Positions 52,007 to 61,020 of a DNA stretch of 64,000 bases are shown here, piece after piece. Source of the DNA: an uncultured delta proteobacterium (GTDB lineage Bacteria; Myxococcota_A; UBA9160; SMWR01). The notes below the pieces were generated by a model. The model was not told the DNA's origin and did not search any database. It worked only from the letters and a program-made list of their open reading frames with translations. The DNA lies in contig CAWHTE010000007.1 in the NCBI GenBank assembly GCA_963832165.1, forward strand, positions 192,001 to 256,000. Direction: 5' to 3'. A program made the position numbers and the translations under genes. The stretch's first letter is position 1, and each line of letters begins with the position of its first letter.

Positions 52007-53942
52007 TCCTTCGCGCGACGCTCGACGCCCACTGATCCTGGGCACCGCGGGTCACATCGATCACGGAAAGACCTCCCTGTGCCACGCGCTCACGGGCGTC
52101 GACACCGATCGCCTGCCCGAGGAGAAGGCGCGCGGGATCACGATCGAGCTCGGCTTTGCACCGCTCGACCTGCCAGACGGAACGAGGCTCGGCATGGTCG
52201 ACGTGCCCGGCCACGAGGGTCTCGTGCGCACGATGGTGTCGGGCGCCGCGGGCATCGACCTGCTCCTGCTCGTGGTGGCCGCCGACGAAGGTGTGATGCC
52301 GCAGACGCGCGAGCACCTCGCGATCTGCGAGCTGCTCGGGATCACGCGCGCGGTGGTCGCGCTCACGAAGGTCGATCTCGTCGACGAGGACGTGGCGGAC
52401 CTCGCGGAGGAGGAGGTGGCAACGCTTCTCGCGCAGACGCCGCTCGCGCGGGCGCCGATCGTGCGCGTCTCCGCGGTGACGGGCGCGGGCCTCGATCCTC
52501 TGCGCGCAGCGCTCGCCGAGCTCGCTCTCGCGGCCGAGGCGCGCACGCCGCGCGCGGGGCCGCCGCGCTTGCCCGTGGACCGCTGCTTCGAGATGCGCGG
52601 GTTCGGACCCGTCGTCACGGGCACGCTGATCGGCGGCCCGCTTCACGTGGGCGACGCCGTGACGCTCCTGCCCGACGACCGGCGCGCGCGCGTGCGCGGA
52701 CTGCACAGCCACGGCGTCGCGGTTGAAGTCGCGCAACCGGGCACGCGCTGCGCGGTAAACCTCTCGGGCGTCGCGCTCGAGCTGCTCTCGCGCGGACTCG
52801 TGCTGACTGCGCCCGATGCGCTCGCGCCCACGTCTACGATCGACGCGCGCGTCGATTGGCTCGCCGAAGCGCCTCCCGTGGAAGAGCCGACGCCCGTGTC
52901 GCTGCTCGCGGGCACCGCCGAGCGGCTCGCGAGGATCGCGCCGATCGGCGAACCGGTGCTCGCGCCGGGCACGAGCGCGTTTGCTCGGCTGCACCTCACG
53001 GCGCCGATGGCGCTCCTGCCGGGCGATCGCTTCGTGCTGCGCGGATTCGCACGAACCGCGATCGGCGCCACGCTCGGCGGCGGCACCGTGCTCGACGTAT
53101 CTCCGCCGCACCGCCGGCGCAGCGACACCGAGCTGGTGGCCGAGCTCGAAGAGCTCGCGCGCCGCGACGCAGAGACCGACGTGCGCGTGCGTGTGCGCCG
53201 CGCGGGCTTCGCGGGCATCACGCGCGCCGAGCTCGCGTGCGAGACGGGCCGCGTCTCCGAGGAGATCGCGGCCGTGACCCTGAGCGCATGCGCGAGCGGT
53301 GCGCTCGTCTCCGCGGGCGAGCGCGTGCTCGATCCAGCCGCGTTCGCGCGCCTCGGGCGCGAGCTGGTGGCCGCGCTCGACGCCTATCACGCGGCCGAGC
53401 CGCTGCGCCCGGGCATGTCCGTGGGCTCGCTGCGCGGCACGCTGCCCGAGAACGTGTCGCCCGAGGTGACCCAGGTCGCGCTCGAATACCTCGCGAGTGC
53501 GGGCGAGATCGCGATCGAGAGCGACCACGTGCGCCGCTCGAAGCACCAGCCGACGCTCGACCCCGCTGCCCAGAAGGCCTGCGACGCGATCGCCGCGCTG
53601 CTGGCCGCGGCCGCGCTCGAAGCGCCCTCTCTGCGCGACGTGGCGTCGCACGTCGCACTCTCGGAAGCCGCCGCGCGCGACCTGCTCGCGTACCTCGAGC
53701 GCGAGCATCGCCTCGTGCGCGCGCGTCCCGATCTCTGGTTCGATGTGCGCGCAGTCGAGGCTCTTCGCAGCCGCGTGCGCGCGTACTTCGAAAGCCACGA
53801 CGAGCTCGACACGCCCGCCTACAAGGCGCTGATCGGCACCTCGCGCCGCACGGCGGTGCCGCTCATGGAGCTGCTCGACGCCGAGCGCCTGACCGTGCGC
53901 CGCGGAGAGGTGCGGCGGCTTCGGGATCGCGCGAAGACCTGA
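51993..53942 (+). CDS. selB: Selenocysteine-specific translation elongation factor
   Basis: [35 protein letters not shown]-terminal winged helices ending [13 protein letters not shown]. Confidence 0.96.
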   Translation: MDRVSPSRDARRPLILGTAGHIDHGKTSLCHALTGVDTDRLPEEKARGITIELGFAPLDLPDGTRLGMVDVPGHEGLVRTMVSGAAGIDLLLLVVAADEGVMPQTREHLAICELLGITRAVVALTKVDLVDEDVADLAEEEVATLLAQTPLARAPIVRVSAVTGAGLDPLRAALAELALAAEARTPRAGPPRLPVDRCFEMRGFGPVVTGTLIGGPLHVGDAVTLLPDDRRARVRGLHSHGVAVEVAQPGTRCAVNLSGVALELLSRGLVLTAPDALAPTSTIDARVDWLAEAPPVEEPTPVSLLAGTAERLARIAPIGEPVLAPGTSAFARLHLTAPMALLPGDRFVLRGFARTAIGATLGGGTVLDVSPPHRRRSDTELVAELEELARRDAETDVRVRVRRAGFAGITRAELACETGRVSEEIAAVTLSACASGALVSAGERVLDPAAFARLGRELVAALDAYHAAEPLRPGMSVGSLRGTLPENVSPEVTQVALEYLASAGEIAIESDHVRRSKHQPTLDPAAQKACDAIAALLAAAALEAPSLRDVASHVALSEAAARDLLAYLEREHRLVRARPDLWFDVRAVEALRSRVRAYFESHDELDTPAYKALIGTSRRTAVPLMELLDAERLTVRRGEVRRLRDRAKT

Positions 53943-53943
53943 G

Positions 53944-54717
53944 TCAGCTCTGCCGGCGTCTCGAGATCGCGAGGCCGACGAGCCCGAGCGCCATCAGCGC
54001 GCCGGTCGTGGGCTCGGGCACGAACGTCACCACGATCTCGAAGGTCTTCTTGTGGATGTCGTTGGTGCCGCCGTCGAACGAGAAGACCTCGAGCGAGTTG
54101 TCGAACTGGAAGATCTCGATGGCAGTCGCGTGCGTGGTCAGCGCACCAACATTCGCGATGAGCTCGCCGTTCCAGATGGCGTCGGGGTCGGGGTCTACCC
54201 AGTGTCCGTCCCCGGCAGTCCCAAGCGGAGTGAAGCCCATGCTGACGGACTGAGACGGAATCGAGAGATTCGTGATGAAATCGAGCGCGGTGACCCGGTA
54301 GAAGAGATTGCCGATCACCTGCGCCGAACCGTCCAGCGACAAGTTGTAATCACCCGACTCACGGATGGTGATCGAACCGATCCGCGCATTGGGATTGGTG
54401 GCTTGCGGGATCACGATATCCAACAGGAGTCTCGTGTCGACGAGGTCTCCCGAGACGCTGGTCGTCTCGGCAAAGAACGACGGATCGACGTCGAAGACCA
54501 ACGTAGTGCCGGCGAGGAAGATGTTGTTGGGATCGCCGCCGTTCACGAGCAGCGGCGGATCCGGATTCGTCGCTGATTCCTGGATGTTGTTGTACTGAAT
54601 CAGCGTGTTCTGCTTGTCTCCGTAGTTCACCGTCAGCGCCGAGGCTGAGGTGACCGCAAGTACTGCGATCAAGCCGAACCCAACTAACACAACGCTGCGC
54701 AGAGCAGACAGCCGCAC
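53944..54717 (-). CDS. PEP-CTERM surface protein, copy A (about 257 aa)
   Basis: Signal peptide ending SASA; C-terminus VPEPTTGALMALGLVGLAISRRRQS; GTG start after AGGGG. Confidence 0.88.
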   Translation of the reverse strand: MRLSALRSVVLVGFGLIAVLAVTSASALTVNYGDKQNTLIQYNNIQESATNPDPPLLVNGGDPNNIFLAGTTLVFDVDPSFFAETTSVSGDLVDTRLLLDIVIPQATNPNARIGSITIRESGDYNLSLDGSAQVIGNLFYRVTALDFITNLSIPSQSVSMGFTPLGTAGDGHWVDPDPDAIWNGELIANVGALTTHATAIEIFQFDNSLEVFSFDGGTNDIHKKTFEIVVTFVPEPTTGALMALGLVGLAISRRRQS

Positions 54718-54935
54718 CTCGCTACCCCTTATCCGGATCCGTATCCGCGTGTTACCCGTCGCTATTCGGGTCGATTCTGCCGGTACTGGAACAGGCATAT
54801 CGTGACGGGAATCGGCTCGGAGGTCCAGCATTTTTTCTGATATGTCACAGATAGTTAACGAGCGCGTCCTCACCCCGGAGGAGTGTCGCTTCTGCTCAGG
54901 GGGCACAGTTTGGAGGAGGGGTTTTACCCAACATT

Positions 54936-55449
54936 GCAGAGACCGACGTGCGCGTGCGCCGCGCGGGCTTCGCGGGCATCACGCGCGCCGAGCTCGCGTG
55001 CGAGACGGGCCGCGTCTCCGAGGAGATCGCGGCCGTGACCCTCCGCGCATGCGCGAGCGGTGCGCTCGTCTCCGCGGGCGAGCACGTGCTCGATCCGGCC
55101 GCGTTCGCGCGCCTCGGGCGCGAGCTGGTGGCCGCGCTCGACGCCTATCACGCGGCCGAGCCGCTGCGCCCGGGCATGTCCGTGGGCGCGCAGCGCGGCA
55201 CGCTGCCCGAGAACGTGTCGCCCGAGGTGACCCAGGTCGCGCTCGAGTACCTCGCGCGTGCGGGCGAGATCGCGATCGAGAGTGCGCGCGTACTTCGAAA
55301 GCCACGACGAGCTCGACACGCCCGCCTACAAGGCGCTGATCGGCACCTCGCGCCGCACGGCGGTGCCGCTCATGGAGCTGCTCGACGCCGAGCGCCTGAC
55401 CGTGCGCCGCGGAGAGGTGCGGCGGCTTCGGGATCGCGCGAAGACCTGA
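54936..55449 (+). pseudogene. selB: Duplicated selB 3' fragment with internal deletions
   Basis: Near-identical to 53169-53521 and 53776-53942; lacks the GTPase domain; has a 6-bp deletion and a frameshifting ~254-bp deletion. Confidence 0.9.
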
Positions 55450-55451
55450 GT

Positions 55452-56231
55452 TCAGCTCTGCCGGCGTCTCGAGATCGCGAGGCCGACGAGCCCGAGCGCC
55501 ATCAGCGCGCCGGTTGTGGGCTCGGGCACGAGCGTCACCTCGATCGAGAAGGTCTTCTTCTGGATCCGGTTCGTGCCTCCGTCGAACGAGAACGCCTCGA
55601 GCGCATTGTTGAAGATGAAGATCTCGATCGCGGTGGCAGCTGTCGTGAGCGCCGCCACGTTCGCGTTGAGCGTGCCGTCCCAGTTTCCGTCGGGATCCTC
55701 GGGGCTCACGTAGTGCCCGGTCGGCGCGTCCCCGCCGCTTCCCGCCGGCGAGAACACCATGTCGACCGTCTGATCCGGGATCGAGAGATTGGTGATGAAG
55801 TCGAGCTCGGTGACGCGATAGCGCAGGCTGCCGATCACCTGTGCCGATCCGTCACCCGAGAGGTTGTAGTCGCCGCCCTCGATGATGGTGATCGATCCGA
55901 TGCGCAGGTTGCTGCCGGTGGGGATCTCGATGTCCAGCGTGAGCGTGGTGTCGACGAGCTCTCCGGAGGCGGATGTCGTCTCGGCGAAGAACGACGGATC
56001 GACGTCGAAGACCAGCGTCGTGCCCGCGAGGAAGATGTTATTCGGGTCTCCACCGTTGACTAGCAGCGGCGGATCCGGATTCGTCGCGGTCTCCTGGATG
56101 TTGTTGTACTCGATCGACGCGTTCGTCTTGTTGCCGTAGTTCAGCGTCAGCGCCGAGGCTGAGGAGACCGCAAGAGCCGCGATCAATCCGAAGCCGACTA
56201 ACCCAACGCTGCGCAAAGCAGACAGCTGCAT
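55452..56231 (-). CDS. PEP-CTERM surface protein, copy B (about 259 aa)
   Basis: Paralog of copy A with the same VPEPTTGALMALGLVGLAISRRRQS tail. Confidence 0.9.
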   Translation of the reverse strand: MQLSALRSVGLVGFGLIAALAVSSASALTLNYGNKTNASIEYNNIQETATNPDPPLLVNGGDPNNIFLAGTTLVFDVDPSFFAETTSASGELVDTTLTLDIEIPTGSNLRIGSITIIEGGDYNLSGDGSAQVIGSLRYRVTELDFITNLSIPDQTVDMVFSPAGSGGDAPTGHYVSPEDPDGNWDGTLNANVAALTTAATAIEIFIFNNALEAFSFDGGTNRIQKKTFSIEVTLVPEPTTGALMALGLVGLAISRRRQS

Positions 56232-56459
56232 CTCGCTTCCCCTTCTCCGGATCCGTATCCGCGTGTTACCCGTCGCTACTCGGGTCCATTCTGCCGGTAC
56301 TGGAACAGGGTCATCTTGACCGGAATCGGCTCCGAGGTCCAGCCTTTTTTCTGATACGTCACGAATAGTTAACAGGGGTGTCCTCACCCCGGAGGAGTGT
56401 CGCTTCTGCTCAGGGGGCATCGCGTTGGCGGAGGGGTGCCCAACAGTGCAGAAACGACA

Positions 56460-59400
56460 CTATTCGTCACGCTCCAAACCAGAGATCGTTCGCGAGGATC
56501 GCCACCAGCGTCTCCGGCTGGTCCGCCCATGCTTCGGGAACCGAGGTTCAGGACCGGCGGGAGCCGCCGAGAAGTCAGCCCCCGCGGGCGCGCTCGCTCC
56601 CGGGGCCTCGATTCCGTCCAGGCGCGCGAGGATGGCCTCGAGCCCGTCTTCGCCGGTGCCGAGGTCGTCGTCGAGATCGGCGACCAGAAAGCTGTCGCCG
56701 TTGCCGAGCGAGCGCAGCGCGATGCGGTCGCCGTCGATCAGGCCGTCGGGATTCACGAGACCTTCCACCGCCACGAGGAGCTGGTCGCCCTCGCTGGGGT
56801 TCAGGTCCGTGATGATCTCGAAATCATTGAGGCTCTGCGGCTCGTGGCCGAGCACGAAGAGGTCCGTCCCGAGCCCGCCGGTGAGCTGATTCTGCCCTCC
56901 TTCGGCCACCAGGGAATCGGCGCCGGCGCCGCCATTCAGCGTGTCGTGTCCGAGCAGCGCGTAGAGGTCGTCGTTACCGCCCGCTGCGAACAGGAAATTG
57001 TTGCTCGCCGTACCGACCAACACCTCGTCGCCACTGCCTCCATTGACGAAGCTCGTCTCGGGAGGCGATCCGGCGCCGATCACGAACAACTGCACGCGCG
57101 CGGTGTTCACACCGTGGCTGGTTTCGATCGCGTACTCGAAGCTGTCGAGCCCGGTGAATCCATCGTTGCCGACGTAGATGATCCGATCGTCATCGAGCGA
57201 ATAGGCGAGCCCGTTCGCTGGCGAAGCTACTGATCTCCAGGGAGAGGACGTCGTCGGGATCGAGCGGCAGGCCGTTGGCGTCGAGATCATTCGCGAGCAC
57301 GTCGACGATCTGATTGCCGGACGGCCTCGTCACGAATGTGTCGTCGGCGGGAAGTGGGAGCTGGATGTTGAAGATCACGCCGTCGCCGAAGACGAGCCGT
57401 TCGACCGTGCTGAACGAATCCGTGCCTTCGGATCCTTCGTCATGCGTGACCGTCAGCAGCTCGAGGTCGATGCTGTAGTCCACTCTCGGCCCTGCGAAGT
57501 GCGCGATGTCGAAGCCAGTGCCGCCGATGAGCTCGTCGTCGCCGTCCCCACCGGTCAGCGAGTCATTGCCTGCGCCTCCGATCAGGGTGTCGCCCCCACC
57601 GGCGCCCGCGAGTACATCGTTGCCCGCGCCGCCCGAGAGCGTGTTCGCTCCGGCGCTCCCGATCAGCGAGTCGGCGCCCGCACCACCTAGCGCGGACTCG
57701 ACGCTCGCGAGCGAGTCGCTGCCGATATAGGAGCCCGTCGCGGTGCCGGTGCCGAGGTTCACCGCGATGGCCCCCGTCGCCCTGGAGGCGTCGTAGGTAT
57801 CGCTGCCACCGCCACCGACGATCGTGTCGCTGCCGTCGCCCGATGTCGCCACGATCGTGTCGTCGCCGCCGCCACCGGTGAGCGTGTCGGCACCCGCGTT
57901 CCCAATGAGGACGTTGTCGTGGCCGTTGCCCGTCAGCGCGTCGTCAGCCGAGCCCCCCGTCGCGTTCTCGATCCCCGCGAGCTCATCGTCGCCGAAATCG
58001 GCGCCGCTCGCGGTGCCCGTACCGAGGTTGACCGTCACGGGCGCCGACGCGGCGGATGCGTCCCACGTATCGGATCCGAGACCGCCATCGACGTCGTCGT
58101 CGCCGGGGCTCGCGAACACGACGTTGTCAGCGCCGTCGCCGATCAGCGTGTCGTTCCCGACCCCTCCCTGGAGGTTCTCGAAGTCGAACAGGCGGTCCGC
58201 GCCGATCTCGAGGCCCGATGCCGTCCCGAACGGCAATCCACCGCCTGAAAGGTCGATCGTCACGGCGCCGATCGCTGCGGCATAGCGGATCGTGTCGGCG
58301 CCTCCTCCGCCGCGATAGTTGTCTTCGATCGCGTCGAGCGCCCCGTCGATTACGTCGTTGCCCGCTCCGCCGAGCACTTCGTCCGTACCGGCGCCGTCGC
58401 GCAAGAGGTCGGCGCCGGGTCCGCCGTCGAGCGTGTCGTTGTCGGCGCCGCCGTCGAGCACGTCGTCGCCACCTGCACCCTCGAGCACATCGTCGCCCGA
58501 GCCGCCCGAGAGCGTGTTCGCGCCGCCGTCACCGACGAGCGTGTCGTCGCCCGAGCCGCCCGTCGCGTTCTCGACGTTCGTGAGCGTGTCGCTGCCGATG
58601 TCCGCACCCGTGGTCGAGCCCGAGTCCAGGTCGACCGTCACGGAACCCGTCGCGGCCGAGGCATCGTAGAGATCGATGCCGGCGCCGCCGCCGAGCGCGT
58701 TGTTTCCCGAGCTTCCGACGAGCGTGTCGTCGCCCGAGCCACCCGTCGCATTCTCGACGTTCGCGAGCGTGTCGCTGCCGATGTCCACACCCGTGGCCGA
58801 GCCCGAGTCCAGGTCGACCGTCACGGGGCTCGTCGCGGCCGAGGCATCGTAGAGATCGGTGCCGGCGCCGCCGTCGAGCGCGTTGTTGCCCGAGCTTCCG
58901 ACGAGCGTGTCGTCGCCCGAGCCGCCCGTCGCGTTCTCGATGCTCGCGAGCGTGTCGCTGCCGATGTCCGCGCCCGTGGCCGAGCCCGAGTCCAGGTCGA
59001 TCGTCACGGAGCTCGTCGCGGCCGAGGCATCGTAGAGATCGGTGCCGGCGCCGCCGTCGAGCGCGTTGTTTCCCGAGCTTCCGACGAGCGTGTCGTCGCC
59101 CGAGCCCCCGTCGCGTTCTCGACGTTCGCGAGCGTGTCGCTGCCGATGTCCACACCCGTGGCCGAGCCCGAGTCCAGGTCGATCGTCACGGAGCTCGTCG
59201 CGGCCGAGGCATCGTAGAGATCGGTGCCGGCGCCACCGTCGATGGCGTTGTTGCCCGAGCTTCCGACGAGCGTGTCGTCGCCCGAGCCGCTCGTCGCGTT
59301 CTCGACGCTCGCGAGCGTGTCGCTGCCGATGTCCGCGCCCGTGGCCGAGCCCGAGTCCAGGTCGATCGTCACGGAGCTCGTCGCGGCCGAGGCATCGTAG

Positions 59401-60358
59401 AGATCGATGCCGGCGCCGCCGTCGAGCGCGTTGTTTCCCGAGCTTCCGACGAGCGTGTCGTCGCCCGAGCCGCCCGTCGCATTCTCGATGCCCGCGAGCT
59501 GGTCGTCGCCGATGTCCGCGCCGCTCGCGGTGCCCGCGCCGAGGTCGATCGTCACGGACGTCGACGCGGCGGATGCATCGTAGGTGTCGGAGCCGAGACC
59601 ACCCTCGACGTCGTCGTCGCCGGGGCTCGCGAACACGACGTTGTCCGCGTCGTCGCCGATCAGCGTGTCGTTCCCCAGACCGCCCTGGATGTTCTCGACG
59701 TCGTACAGGCGATCGGAGCCGATCTCCGCGCCCGATGCGATTCCGAACGGCAGGCCGCCGCCCGTGAGATCGATCGTCACTGCGCTGGCTGCGGTCGCAT
59801 AGCGCACCGTATCGACGCCTTCGTCTCCGCGATAGCTGTCCTCGGTCGCATCGAGTGCGCCATCGATGACGTCGTTGCCGGCGCCGCCGTGCACTTCGTC
59901 CGCACCGGCGCCATCGCGAAGTGCGTCGTCGCCGGCGCCGCCGAAGAGCGTGTCGGCGCCACCGCCGCCGTCGACGTCCACCGCGGTGCCCGCCGAGATC
60001 CCCGAGGCGTCGAAGACGTCGGCGGCGTCGCTGCCCGTGAACTCGATGCGTGTCACGCCAACGGAGGCAAGATCCCCCGAGAGCGTGACGTCGGATCCGT
60101 CGGGATCCCCGAGGAACGCGACGACCGGTACGTCGCGCACCGTGATCGTACGCGCATGACGTCGCCCGTACTGCCGAGGTACGAGAACAGCAGCGTGAGA
60201 ACGTCGGGGGTGAGCGCGTCGATCGCGCCGACTACCGCGGTGCGATCGCTCTCCCCGTTGTCGAGATCGACGACGAGCCGGTCCCCTGAGGTGAAGTCCG
60301 GGCTCTGCGAGCTATTGCTCGAGCCGTCGCTTACGTCATAGGTGAGGTCAGGGGGCAA
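56460..60358 (-). CDS. RTX/hemolysin-type Ca-binding repeat protein with Ig-like domain; several frameshifts, possibly N-truncated
   Basis: Fragments 60053-60358, 59004-60140, 57190-~59100 and 56460-57290 carry GGxGxD nonapeptides, [12 protein letters not shown] repeats and DVLAND...GLDSFEY; both ends uncertain. Confidence 0.75.
58540..59560. repeat. Coding tandem repeat, 183-bp (61-aa) unit, about 5.5 copies
   Basis: Anchor GTCGA(C/T)CGTCACGG at 58630, 58813, 58996, 59178, 59361 and 59544; spacings 183, 183, 182, 183, 183. Confidence 0.92.
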
Positions 60359-60373
60359 GGCACCACGAGGTTA

Positions 60374-60996
60374 CTAGAGCCGGACCCGAATCCGCTTGCG
60401 CCTCGAGCAGGGCGAGGGCCGCCGAGCCCGCCGCGAGCATCGACAGCAGTCCCGGCTCCGGGAACTCCACGACCGGTACGCCGAGGTTGAAGCGGAAGCC
60501 CGGCCACTCCGGCTCGTTGAACCCCTCGGCCTCGAGCGAGAGATCGTCCAGATCGAACTTGCCGTCGAGGTTGCCGAGGCCCGTCACGTTGTTCGGAAGG
60601 ACCAGCCCGTGGTAGTACGCGCCGTTCCCGCGGAAGATGATCCGCGTGGCCGAGTTCAATGCGACGGGAGTCAGCGTGAACGTGCCACCGACCTGTGTGG
60701 CATCGGGCACGACGATCTCGAGGCTCGTCAGCTCGTACGACACGATGTCGCCGCCGTGTGATTGTGCCGTGGCTGTCGTCGTAGTCCAGCTCCCCAGTCA
60801 CGTCGTCGCCGACGTTGACGCCCTCCGTCTCGCAGTTCGCGGCGGGCTCGGGGCATCCCGGAGCAAACGGGCTGTCCGCGACGCTCGTCACGTTGCCGAT
60901 CAGCAACAGGTTAACGGTGGCTGCGAGCGCGCCGCTCGCAACCAGCGTGCCCACGGCGAGACCGAAGAACAGATAGGTCATGCGAAGCTTCGGCAT
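60374..60996 (-). CDS. PEP-CTERM surface protein; frameshifts near 60760 and 60405
   Basis: Signal peptide MPKLRMTYLFFGLAVG...ALA; FPEPGLLSMLAAGSAALALL followed in another frame by RRKRIRVRL-stop. Confidence 0.7.
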
Positions 60997-61020
60997 TCGA
61001 TGTCTCCCTCGAGATCCCGT

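Larger units (their letters stand above)
53169..56458. repeat. Tandem duplication of [selB 3' end + PEP-CTERM gene + its upstream region]
   Basis: Unit 1 is ~53169-54935 and unit 2 ~54936-56458; a GCAGA(G/A)AC(C)GAC-like word occurs at 53169, 54936 and ~56448. Confidence 0.9.

Noticed and set aside
54936..55449. selB 3' duplication as attL/attR of an integrated element
   Set aside because: No integrase or mobile genes, and the neighbouring gene is duplicated too, which fits a tandem duplication better.
53944..56231. Diversity-generating retroelement TR/VR pair
   Set aside because: No reverse transcriptase in the window; the differences include indels, are not adenine-specific and span whole genes.
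54718..56460. tRNA-Sec (selC) or a c-di-GMP riboswitch in the gaps near selB
   Set aside because: I could not identify a cloverleaf, T-arm or UCA anticodon; the resemblance to c-di-GMP-I covers one stem only.
58540..59560. Regular repeats as a CRISPR array
   Set aside because: Units are 183 bp, contiguous and protein-coding, with no unique spacers and no cas genes.
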